Below are positions 51,170-63,440 of a DNA stretch of 64,000 nucleotides, one piece after another. Location: the NCBI RefSeq assembly GCF_006345805.1, contig NC_042999.1:149978001-150042000 (forward strand). The letters are read 5' to 3'. Both the position numbers and the translations under genes were made by a program. Source of the DNA: Octopus sinensis (taxonomy: Eukaryota). Under the pieces are notes generated by a model that saw nothing but the letters and a program-made list of their open reading frames with translations, did not search any database and was not told the DNA's origin. Within the stretch, counting starts at the first letter, position 1; each line of letters opens with the position of its first letter.

Positions 51170-51235
51170 CATATGTCTGTCATGAATAGCAAAATAAACA
51201 GTATTTCTTTTTTCAGATATAAAAATATATATTTA

Positions 51236-51569
51236 CTAGCAGTATAGCCCAACGTTGCTCGGGTTTATTTTCTTTTCGACCCTTTAGAATTGGAAATACA
51301 CCGAAAAATGGCGACACAACAGTAAAAAAATCGTAAAAAATAGAGATTTTCATAGCAAAAAAGCACCTTTTTGTTGTAAGTAATTTTTGGTCTTAACATG
51401 GTCTGATTTGAATTTTTTCTTCTACGGAATAAAGAGCAAGCGTTCTTCTCTCATACTCTTAATTTTGGTCAACTTGCGCCGCAGGGTCTCGGAGTAGATA
51501 GTGTTAGTTGAAGGCTACCAAACCTGCCACACACACACACACAGACAACTTCAGCTTTATATATAAAGA
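51236..51569 (-). mobile_element. Non-autonomous Helitron (334 bp)
   Basis: Minus strand starts TCTTTATATATAAAG, has subterminal hairpin CCCGAGCAACGTTGGG and ends CTAG; inserted between A and T with no TSD; internal (GT)n. Confidence 0.8.
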
Positions 51570-52384
51570 TTATGCTTATAAAAATTATATAGCGTGTGTG
51601 TGTGTGTGTGTGTGTGACCTCTCGGCGTCGTTTGACAACCGGTAGAATCTTTGAACTTCTCGGCATCAAGATCTAAAATGCAAGATCTATCCCACCCTGA
51701 TGACGGTGGCTCGTCTTAGCCTATGTTAATTGCTTCTATTGTGATGGACTACATCTACCAATATTATGATGGATCTCTGAGCCCACAAAAACAGCTGTTG
51801 GACTTATAACACCTTTCTTCTTCCCCTTTAATTTTCTCTGTCATTTGTACTCTGTGTAAGCTGGATCTATTAATATAAGTATCTATATATTAATCGTCTG
51901 AAAGTGCCCACTTTTTACTTTCTCTCGTTGCGTATGTATACACACATATACATATTTTTATCCGCATAATTGCCTCTACATGATCCCTCTTATTGCCTTA
52001 AAATTGATCCCATGTAAAGACATCGGGGTCTAAGTCTCAATCACTTGAGCACTACTTGAGAATCTCTGGATCTCATCCGTGGACTATATATGCGTGTGTG
52101 TGTGTATGTGTGTGTGCGTGTGCGCACCTGTGTATTATATATATAAGGAAAATAAGACAAGGTCTATATATATATATAACAAAGTGGAGTTGTAGGGTAC
52201 CGCACGAGTGGAATTATATACGAAAGAAGGTTTGAAAATACAATTTTAAAAGATGTTTATTTACTTTACCGGTTTCACTCTTTGGAAATTGCGCAATTGT
52301 TCGTACGAAAGGGTCCTGGCTGCTTAATAAAGACTTGTTAGTCCATCGGCAAAAAAATAAATAAATAACACCTTGTAGCATTTT

Positions 52385-52625
52385 ACGTACTGAGTTCAAA
52401 TCCCGCCGAGATAAATTTCCCTTTTATTTATCCTGCTTTCAAAATTGCTGGCCCTGACCTAAGCTGGGAACCAATGGAGAAGTAGTTGTAGAATCGCTAA
52501 AGCATCGGACAAAATACCTCGCGGTATTTTTTTCTGGTTCTTCAAGTTCTGAGTTCAAATTCTGCTAAAGTCAACGCTCCCTTTTGGAGTCGATGAAATA
52601 AAGAACTCGTCAAGTACGAGGGTTT
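52385..52625 (+). mobile_element. Diverged SINE family A fragments
   Basis: ctgagttcaaatcccgccgag and gtagaatcgctaaagcatcgg...ttctgagttcaaattctg. Confidence 0.6.
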
Positions 52626-52649
52626 ATGCCACGTATATTTGTTTTCTTC

Positions 52650-53050
52650 TTTCTTTTTTCAGTTATTAGACAGCAGCCATGATGGGGCACCACCTTGTAA
52701 GATTTTTGTCGAACAAATCCACCTCAGAACTTATGTTTGTATTTTTTATTGATTTCATTTTTAGCCAGGTACTTATTTTATCGGACTCATTTGCCGAACC
52801 GCTAACTTACGGGGGACGTAAAGAAACCGAAACCGGTTGCCAAGCAGTGAGGGTGGATGAATGACAAGAACAAAGACGCTTACACATACACACACACAAC
52901 GGGCTTCCACACAAGTTACCGTCTAGTAAATTCACTCACAAGGCATTGGTCGGCCTGGGGCTTTAGTAGAAACATTTGTCCAAGATACCACGCGAGGGGA
53001 TTGAACCCGAAACCACATGTTGGCAAAGCGAGCTTCTTAACCACTCAATC
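52650..53050 (-). mobile_element. SINE family B, diverged
   Basis: gccatgatggggcaccacc...tttgccgaaccgctaac...cacaaggcattggtcggcc...gggattgaacccg. Confidence 0.8.
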
Positions 53051-53609
53051 ACCCACTGAATATGTGCATGTTCATATATAACTTTATTTGTTACTAATGG
53101 CTAAAATATTTTTGAGTTCTGGAAATTTACCTTGCTCTGGATCTTTTCGTTCTGGACCTTTCCGTTCCGAGTCCAATTTCCTGTGTTCTGCTTGAGTGGT
53201 AAATCTCATTTGTTACCCGGTTTAACATCACCACCACCACCACCACCACTGAGACCTTGGGTACATGTAGCTGGATCCATTTTGTTGCAACTATTCAAGT
53301 CAGGTCTCTGGTTTGGGGATACCTTTACCCTTCCCGCCTGCCCAGCAGTCTTGAATCCTTTAAAAAAGATTATGGACGCTCATATTCCTCTAGGTAAAGC
53401 GTTAAACACAACGTTCTGTTACTGAATTTTAGCTACCTGAGCCAACAAAAGATTTTGTATATCAGGGGTCCCCGGGCTGCGGACCAGTATCGAACCGTGG
53501 ATCATTTGGTACCGGGCTGCACAGAAAGAATACTTAAATTTTATTTCTATTTTGTTAACTATCGCAATCTGCTCGGTGGTTTTGCATTATGTGTATTTTA
53601 TAAATGTAA

Positions 53610-53641
<32 letters not shown>

Positions 53642-54153
53642 CATATATATATATACATACATATATGTATATATATATATACATATGTATATATATATAC
53701 ATATGTATACATATATATATATGTATATACATATATATGTATATACATATACATATGTATATATATATACATATGTATACATATATATATACATATACAT
53801 ATGTATATATATATATACATAGTATACATATATATATATGTATATACATATACATATGTATTATATATATACATATGTATACATATATATATATGTATAT
53901 ACATATACATAAGTATATATATATATACATATGTATACATATATATATGTATATACATATGTATATGTATATACATATATATATACATATGTTATATATA
54001 TACATATATATATGTATATATATATACACATATATATGTATATATATATACATATATATATGTATATATGATTGATTGATTGATTCCAGTTTCAGCTTAT
54101 GAGCTGTGGCCATGCTGGGGCACCGCCATTTGGTGTTGCTACTTGGTTTCACT

Positions 54154-57100
54154 TCATGGAGGCTTTCTAGCAACTGCTATTTGGTGCATGAGAGAGTTCG
54201 ATGCAGCTGCCCTCATCTGCCCCTCCTGCCGTGAAGTTGGTTCATCTGGGACACCTGACAGGAGAGAGATCCAGCTCCATTTAAAGACATCTGTATCCAC
54301 CCCATGCAGGTCTCTCAGGTTCATCGGGAGGATATTGAAGAGCTGTGGGCCTCGGAAGCCCAGGCTATCACAGAATCTTGTCCTACATCTTGATGGCAAG
54401 TTTGGAGTCCTAGGCACCACGCAGTGGCGCCCAGTTCTGGCGTTTGCGTAACTCTCGATGCCAAAGTTCAGGACATTTCCCTCCAGGATCTTCCAGATGT
54501 ATATTATGGCATATCTTTCCCGCCTACGCTCCAGGGAATATAATTTTAATCTCTTGAGTCTTTCCCAGTAGCTTACATTCTGCATAGAGAGGCTATCTTC
54601 TTCGTGTAGCTTCGTTGGATCGCCTCAAGTTCTGTGATCAACTTGACACTGGATGGTGACCATAGCTGAGAGCAATAGTCAAAGTGACTTAGGACAAGTG
54701 TCTTCCAGAGGACCATCATGGTTTCTTGTTCTCTTGTTCTAAAGGTTCTAAGAATCCATCCAGCCAGCCGTCTGCATTTCATTGTCAGTTTAGCAACATG
54801 TACATGAAAGGTCGCGTCATCACTCATGTGAATACCCAGGTCACGCACTGATTGTGCCTCTGGGATTGCAATCCCTCCGGGTCCAGTGTATTCCTTGGGT
54901 ATTGCATTCAGTTTTGCATGCTGATAGTATAAAGCTTGAAACTTTTCAGCATTGAACTGCATGCTATTCTTTTCAGCCCACTTGTATATTTCGTCCAGCT
55001 CATATTGCAGGTGCCTAGTGTCTTCAGGGTTCTGTATTGCCTGTGAAACTTTTGTATCATCTGCATAACTTGTGATCGTGGCTCTCCGCGTGGCTGAGGG
55101 CATGTCTGAGAGGGCCATTATGAACAGTAGTGGTCCCAAAACAGTGCCCGTGTGAACACCGCTCACTATTTGCGTGCTAATGGAAGTGGCCCCATTGGCT
55201 ACTACCACCTGACTTCTATTCTTCAGAAAGTCGTGAAGCCATTCTCCTAGTTTTCCAACTATGCCAAGATCACGCAGTTTGTGACATATCATTCCATGAT
55301 CGACTTTATCGAAGGCCTTTGCGAAGTCGAGATATATGACTTCCACATTTGAGTGGTTGAGCAGTTGTTTCAGCACCCAGTCATAGTGCTGCAGGAGCTG
55401 AGTTAAGCAGCTTCTTCCTGGTCGGAAACCATGTTGGGTGTCAGGCAGCAAGTCATTTTCTTCAAGGAAGGTGATTAGTTTCCTTCTGACTATTCGTTCC
55501 ATGACCTTGCTGATGTGTGAGGTCAGAGAGATAGGTCTGTAGTTCTTGGCCTCCGCTCTGCTACCTCCTTTATGAATAGGGCAATATTTACCTTCCTTCA
55601 GTTTTCTTGGAAGTTTGCCAGCTGCAAGGAAGCTCTGAAAGAGGAACTGCAGTGGTCTTGCTAAGACTCTCTTACATACTTTTAGGAGGATTGCCGGGAA
55701 TCCATCGGGGCCAATAGCTGAGTCTATTTTCATTTCATCTATAGCCTTTATTACATCGTCTTCCTTTATATCGATGTAATTTAACGTCGCCGCCTCTGAT
55801 TCTATATCTGCAGTGGTAAAGAAGTCAGTTGGATTGCTGATTTGGAAATGCCCAAGGGGTGGAGTGAAAAACACTCTTGAATTGTTCATTCAGTATTTCA
55901 TTTACCCTCATTGGTTTTCCTGTGAGTGTGCCATTTTCAAGGAGTGGCCCTATCCTACAGTGCACCAGTAGCTTTCTTTGGCATACCTGTAGAAAGCTCT
56001 GGGGTTAGTTTTTATGTTGTCTATAGCCCAGGCTTCTTTGTCTGCTCTTTCCTTCTCATGGGAGAGTTGCAGACAATTTTCAATTTCCAACAGTTTTATT
56101 TTCAGGCGGGACTTTTCACTGCTTTCAATTTGTTTGTTTAGGCGATTTGAGATTTTTGTACGCCGTCTCATTAAAATTTTTCTCTCTCTGGGGATTTTGT
56201 TCTTGTGTACAGTGGCCTTTCTCTCTGGGACACATTTGTAGCATATGGCTTGCATTACAGACATGAATTGTTGAAGTATCATGTCGATGTCCGGCGAGGA
56301 GAGACATTCAGGCCAGTTTTGTTTGAGGATCTCTTTCTCAATTTGTTTCCAGTTTGCCTTATTGAAGTTCAAGCTGGAAAGATTCTGAGGGTTTCTTGTA
56401 GGCTGCATGTCCGTGCTCTCTTTTGGCCCGTACATGCTCAGCTCTACCATGTTGTGATCCGAGAGTAGTGTCGGTGTCACTTTCACATTATGGATGAGAT
56501 CCATATTATTTGTGAAGCAGAGATCCAGTGTGTTACCCGCTCTGGTTGGTTGGAGTATTACTTGCTCCATGTACAGGGTGTTGGTGAGGTTCAGGAGGGA
56601 CCTCGCCTGTCCTCGTTCACATCTTGTCATTCCTGGGAGAGAAAGGCCCTCGGGCCATCTGACATTCGGTAGATTGAAGTCTCCCATGAGAAGTACACTT
56701 ATGTGTTGTTCTAATGTGGTTAGAACTTATTCTATTTTTAAAAGGCAGTCCTCAAACTTGCCCATATGACTTGGGGCATCTGGAGGGCGATATGTAGCAC
56801 ACACGACTACATCAAGTTGCCTTATGTGTACAATTAGTGTGTCACACACCGAGTTTGAGTATGACAAAAGGACCTGGGGTGTGAGGTCCCCACGGATGTA
56901 CATAGCAACTCCTCCATGACTTCTTTCTTTCCTGTCGGTCCGTAGTACAACATACTGTGGTATGTGTAATTCCGCATCTGCTATGTCCGGTTTCAGATGC
57001 GTTTCTGTGAGTGCTATGCATAAGGCTTGATTGCATGCGACAAAGTCTCTCAGGAACGGACTTTTGTCCTGTTACTGTGTGTTAGTAGTCCTCTGATGTT

Positions 57101-57196
57101 CAGTAGGAGCATCGAGGTGAGGTGTATGCTGTTGCCGGTGGTGTCCACCCTGGGTCCATCTGCTGTGGCGGTCTTGTGAACCGTGGGCAGTTCCAT
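54154..57196 (-). CDS. LINE ORF2: apurinic endonuclease plus reverse transcriptase; several frameshifts and one stop as assembled
   Basis: NIRGL, LTETHL, HGGVAMY, YRPP, MGDFN, LDLCF, SDHN; [66 protein letters not shown]...RAAASNSL. Confidence 0.92.
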
Positions 57197-57875
57197 CTGC
57201 GAGCCTGAGCCTGATGGAGCCAGGTTAGCTGCTGTACAATCTTTTGTGCCATGCACAAAAAAGATTCCTGCTCAGCAGCTGCCCTTTCAACAACACGTTG
57301 GTGGTTTGTGGTACGCACCACATCTGCGTACCTCCGTTTTGGGGCCGGTGATGCGTGGTCCATCCCATTTCCTTTCGGTGATTGGTTTCTGTGGCAGGGT
57401 CCCGGATGTGCAAAGCGGCAGCCTGCACCTTCCTCTCCATGCCGGCAGGCACCTTTCAGGTAGAACCTACATACCCGTGTGCGCTGCTTGTTTCCATCCT
57501 TTTTGGCATATGGACAGTTAGGTTTGCCTCTATCCCTGGTTGCCTTGCCCCTTGGCTTTGTCTGAGTTTTAGCTTCAGTTTTTCCTCTTTTTTTGGCCTC
57601 TTCATCTCCATGTCCATGGCTTTTGGTGCCGGTAGGAGCATCCGTACCTGGGTTCACCTCCCGGGCAGGCCTCTCGCTGGAGTTTTCTTCCTGGGCGTCC
57701 ACCAGGTGGGGGTGACCCTCCTCATCTGCGCCCGCGTCTCCATCCTTGCCATCTTTACTTTGTTCGCGTTTTTCGCTGTTAAAAATGGCATCCAGTGTGT
57801 TTATGTGCGATCTGACAAGTGCGTATGAGCGTACGAACTCTTGCCTCTTCCGCTCTATTTGTGCTGACGTCCTTT
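57100..57875 (-). CDS. LINE ORF1 (5' end lost in microsatellite) with CCCH-type zinc finger
   Basis: Open frame of about 258 codons of non-repeat sequence including [22 protein letters not shown]; overlaps the ORF2 start. Confidence 0.75.
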
Positions 57876-58174
57876 TATATATATACATATATATATGTAT
57901 ATAATATACATATATATATGTATATATATATACATTATATATGTATATATATATACATATATATATATATAACATATATATATGTATATATATATATACA
58001 TATATATGTATTATATATATACATATATATATATCACATATATATGTATATATATACATATATATATATACATATATATGTATTATATATACATATATAT
58101 ATATACATATATATGTATATATACATACATTATATATATATTACATATATATATTACATATATATAATATATAC

Positions 58175-58219
<45 letters not shown>

Positions 58220-58270
58220 CATATATATATATACATATATATACATATATATACATATATATATATACAT

Positions 58271-58320
<50 letters not shown>

Positions 58321-58898
58321 CATATATATATACATACATATATATATATACATATATATATATACATATATATATACATATATACATATATATATACATA
58401 TATATATACATATATATACATATATATATATATATATAATACATACATATATATATATACATATATATACATATAGATATACATATATATACATATATAT
58501 ACATATATATATATACATATATATACATATATATACATATATACATACATATATATACAATATATACATACATATATATACATATATATACATACATATA
58601 TATACATATATATATATACATATATATATATACAATATATATATATACATATATATAATATATATATACATATATATATATACATATATATATATATACA
58701 TATATATATATACATATATATACATATATACATATATATATATACATATATATATATACATATATACATATATATATATAATATATATATATATACATAT
58801 ATATATATACTATATATATATATACATATATAATATACATATATATAATATACATATATATATATATACATATATATATACATATATATATATAATAC

Positions 58899-58945
<47 letters not shown>

Positions 58946-59028
58946 GTATATATGTATATATGTATATATATATATGTGTATATATATATATGTGTATATA
59001 TATATGTATATGTATATATATATATATG

Positions 59029-59113
<85 letters not shown>

Positions 59114-59351
59114 ATATATAACATATATATATAATATATATACATACATATATATATAATATTACATACATATATATATATACATACATATATATTATAT
59201 ATATATATACACACATATATATATATATACACACATATATATATATACATATTATATATATATTATATATACATATATATATATATATACATATATAATA
59301 TATATAACATTATATATATATATATACACATATATATACATATATATATAC

Positions 59352-59384
<33 letters not shown>

Positions 59385-59592
59385 CACATATATATATATA
59401 TATATACACAATATATATATATACACACATATATATATATATATATATATATTATAATATATATATAGATATATATATATATATATAGATATATATATAT
59501 ATAGATATATATATATATATATATAATATATATATATATATAGATATATATATATATAGATATATATAATATAGATATATATATATATATAT

Positions 59593-59632
<40 letters not shown>

Positions 59633-59713
59633 ATAAAACGGTAAGATAACAAAAGAAAGAAAGAGACCTCAATATTATGTAAATAGAGGAATATATATAT
59701 ATATATATATATA

Positions 59714-59760
<47 letters not shown>
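57875..59760. repeat. About 1.9-kb compound (TA)n/(TACA)n array
   Basis: Direct reading; a similar array lies at 53603-54068. Confidence 0.97.
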
Positions 59761-59765
<5 letters not shown>

Positions 59766-60085
59766 CAGCATGATTCAGTGGTTAGGGCGTCGTGCTCGCA
59801 ATCATGACGTAGAGTTCGATTCCCGGACCGGGCTGTGTGTTGTGTTCTTGAGCAAGACACTTTATTTCACGTTGGTCCAGTTCAATGAGTTGCGACGTCA
59901 CTAGTGTCAAGCTGTATCGGCTTTGCCTTTCCTTTGGATAACATCGGTGGTGTGGAGAGGGGAGGCTAGTATGCATGGGCGACTGCTGGTCTTCCATAAA
60001 CAATCTTGCCCGGACTTGTGCCTCGGAGGGAAACTTTCTAGGTGCAATCCCATGGTCATTCATGATCGAAGTGGGTCTTTACCAA
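59760..60085 (+). mobile_element. SINE with family C-like head and central domain but a different 3' half
   Basis: CAGTGGTTAGGG...GAGTTCGATTCCC...GTGTTCTTGAGCAAGACACTTTATTTCACGTT; the downstream sequence does not match 30991-31311. Confidence 0.75.
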
Positions 60086-60087
60086 AA

Positions 60088-60160
60088 AGAGGTGAGCTAG
60101 CAGAATCGTTAACATGCCGGGCAAAATGCTTAGCGGCATTTCATCCGCCTTCAAGTTTTG
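60088..60160 (+). mobile_element. SINE family A head fragment
   Basis: ggtgagctagcagaatcgttaacatgccgggcaaaatgcttagcggcatttc. Confidence 0.8.
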
Positions 60161-61467
60161 AAACTTTATCTTTCCCCCTTTCAGATGAAAACGGCTTACA
60201 CCCTCCAATGAGATTGCTGGAAACCAATGAATGAATGAATGAATGAATGTATGTATGTATGCTTGTGGGTACATTTAAATTTATGTATATATGTGTGTGT
60301 GTGTGCATATGTATGTAGGGATGTGCAAATGTATGTGTATGTATACATCTGTGTGTGCCTGCAAATGCATGTATGCATGCGCGCGTGCGTGCGTGCGTGC
60401 GTGTGTGTGTGTAATAATTAAATTATATATAATTGCACTTTGCGCTACAGTCCGTGGAAAAAAACTGTCTTCTATAAAACTTTCCATTGTGCAAAAAAGA
60501 TTGGAGACCACCGTTGTACATGGCTGCTCAACCTGCTAGAAAAAGAAACCAACCAAATCTCCTTCAAATTAAATCTCAACGTTTTAAACAAACAATATAT
60601 TATATAACGGAGTCCTAGATACTCTTAAAATGACCAGACGAGCAGGGATGGCATGTTTCTGATCATAGATGCTTTTATTCACTCAAGTTGATTACTTATA
60701 GTTAAAATGAAAAAGATATTTTAATGGCCGCCAGATTTCTAGTTATACTAAACACGCAGTAAAACAGAAAAGAAAAGAAAATGGCTGCACGTTTCTGACC
60801 TCATTTATTTTCCCAAGTCCTTGATCTCACGGCCAGCTACTGACATTAGTAACATAAACACGTGATACAAGGTTCATAGTTAATGCTGTCGCTTATTCCC
60901 AAACATTCGTTCATATCAGTCAGGGATTTATAGTTGCTGAAATAAAAGAAGTCGAATTTCTTTCAGCAAGTCCATTGTTAAAAGTTAATATTGATATATC
61001 ACCTGCTTAAAATACAGAAATCAAGTTTATTAATAGATTCCTTTTTCCCAAACCTGTCTGACCAGCAATCTGCATTTGAGAAAACTTAATTCCTTTCAGG
61101 ATATCAACAATAGAATTTAATTTTTTTATTCTTCAAAGCAAAATTAAGTATTCTTTTCGCTTTCTATAAATATTTAACATTACTATGCATCTGGGAAACT
61201 AGTTTTGTCTCTTGATTTCGGCTGAATTATAATCAAATTTGGCAGTTAAATCAATGCACTTCATACTAATTTTAACTGCGCAGATGTGATACAGGATTTT
61301 TAAAGAAAGCTGCAGCTGGGAACGGGGGTGTTAAATTATGCATTATACGTGTTATTTATATAAGATCTGATTATATCCTTAAAATAGTTTTAAATAGCAT
61401 TTCTATTTATAAATTATAAGACTAAATATAGACTCATATTTTGCGTTCTATTTATCCTATCAGCACC

Positions 61468-61529
<62 letters not shown>

Positions 61530-61785
61530 ACACACACACAAAGAGTTAAGTTGTGGAGTAGGTAAGTACGTGTTAAGACATGGAAGATTCAATCAGAATG
61601 TGTGCCTACTTGGTTGCCTACCGTGAAATATAAAAAGAACTTTTTCCAATTTATTGTAACTCGTTAAGAAAAAAAATCCACAACTTTCCATCTCAATAAA
61701 CACTAATGTCCCTGAAAGTTGTTTTTTATATTTACTACGGATTGCTTGAAGTTAACTTTCTTCCTACACCTTGAATCTTATAATT

Positions 61786-61816
<31 letters not shown>

Positions 61817-62029
61817 AATTAAGTATAATTACAATAGTAGAGGGTGCATAATGCGCCTACTTTCTGGAAAGAAAAACTAAATGCTCAAATAAACCACCAA
61901 ATTACGCTGAAATATACAGCAGACTAACAGAAATCGGGCTAGTGAGTAACGATTCCTCAGAATCATCACAGACCAAAGCTGTTTCATTCTATAGCTTTCA
62001 TAAAACATCTGTACCTTAATTTAATGAAG

Positions 62030-63440
62030 GATACCCGACAAGCCACACTGGCAACAAGGCCACCATACGGTCGTTGGTCGACCAAAATGGGTGCACTGTA
62101 AACGAACCCGGTAAAACGTGTGAGGTTCTTCACCAGTATTTCGCCCAGCTATTTAGGACGAGTGGTGGGCCAGAACGCAGGATGAACTTTTCAGACTTCC
62201 TTGTTGGCTTGCCGCGACACTTGATGCGAGAGGTGGAGTGCTGTGAAGGGCCGTTTTCAGCTTCGGAGGAGAGGCCATGTCGGGCTGCGTCGGGGACAAA
62301 TCGCCGGTTCTGGATGGTCTACGCCGTGAATTCCTTTACAGTATACTAGACTTGTTTGGGAACCTACTAGCAAGCATATACGCCAACTGGCAGCAGAACG
62401 GGTGTATTTCTAACTCTGTGAGTTGGGAGGCCGTCGTGCTTCTAAGGAAGGACCCAAACAAGGGGACGTAATTGAAAATTTCAGGCACATCACTCTGCTC
62501 AATGCAGAGTTGAAGATTTTGACTAAGATGTTAGTTAAGAGGTTGGCGCTTGTCATCGATAAACTGGTTGGGGGAATGGGCGCAAACGTGCGCCTACCCA
62601 AACAGAACCATCCACAACAACCTCCACCTGATGCGCTATACCATAGATAGGGTGGTAGATAATCCTGGTAGAAAATGGAGGCTTTCAAAGGCATTCCGCG
62701 TGATGTGGGCTACGAGAGGACAGTGTCAGCGTATGCGGACGACATCACCGTCATCGTAACCTGTGACAAACACCTGCTTCTAGTAGGTGGTTCCATAAGG
62801 AAGTACGGTGTGGTGACGGGAGTAAAAATTAACTGTGAAAAGTCGGTCGGCCTGCAACTCGGCACCTGGAGAGGCAGGTCGACGCCGCCCAACAACCTCG
62901 TGGGACGGTGGACGGATGTCCCGGTGAAATTGCTCGGCGTATGGTTCGGGCCAGACCTCCAGATAGAGAGAAACAAGGGCGAGGTAGCGAGCAGGGTGGC
63001 CAATCTTAACCAGAAATGGGCTGAGAGAAAGCCATATCTGAAAGGATGGGCGGAGGTGGCGAATGTGTACATCGCATCCGTTATCATTTACCGCTTAACC
63101 GTTGTGCCTTGTCCGAATTCGTGTCTGGTCAAGTTGGAGCGCTTACTCTTCCGCTTCCTGTGGAAGGGGTGGAGTCCGCTGGTCAGATGCTCTATCTGCT
63201 GTCAGCTGCCGCTAAACGGAGGGCTTGGCAAGTCTAGGCTAAAAATGCGTAGACATGCGCTAAGGCTGAGTCATCTCCAGCTCTACCTAGACGGTGAACA
63301 GGTGTGGTCGCCCTTCGTCAAGCTCATCTTCACACAGTTTGCCTCTTTTAGCAAGCTGAACTGGATCAAGTGCAGACCTAAGTTGGGTGCTTGGCAAGCA
63401 GAGTGCCATCAGGCTCTCACGCTTCTCTGCCGTTTTCGGC
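62030..63440 (+). mobile_element. Tx1/L1-clade LINE ORF2 fragment (RT region), internally deleted and 3'-truncated
   Basis: KSPVLDGL, NFRHITLLNAELKILTK, AYADD (62729-62743), KINCEKS, KLLGVWFG, LERLLFRFLW, LPLNGGLG; same family as 13450-14710 and 15100-16270. Confidence 0.9.

Larger units (their letters stand above)
54069..57875 (-). mobile_element. Near-complete CR1-group LINE (ORF1 plus APE-RT ORF2) with (TCAA)n tail
   Basis: APE and RT motifs (see ORF2 entry), short 3' UTR, TCAA repeats at 54069-54085; flanked by TA-rich arrays on both sides. Confidence 0.93.
53463..60513 (+). mobile_element. Charlie/MER1-like hAT element expanded by nested insertions
   Basis: Left end CAGGGGTCCCC...GCTGCACAG at 53463; right end GTCCGTGGAAAAAAACTGTCTTC...GATTGGAGACCACCG ending 60513; 8-bp TSD TTGTATAT / TTGTACAT. 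Confidence 0.7.
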
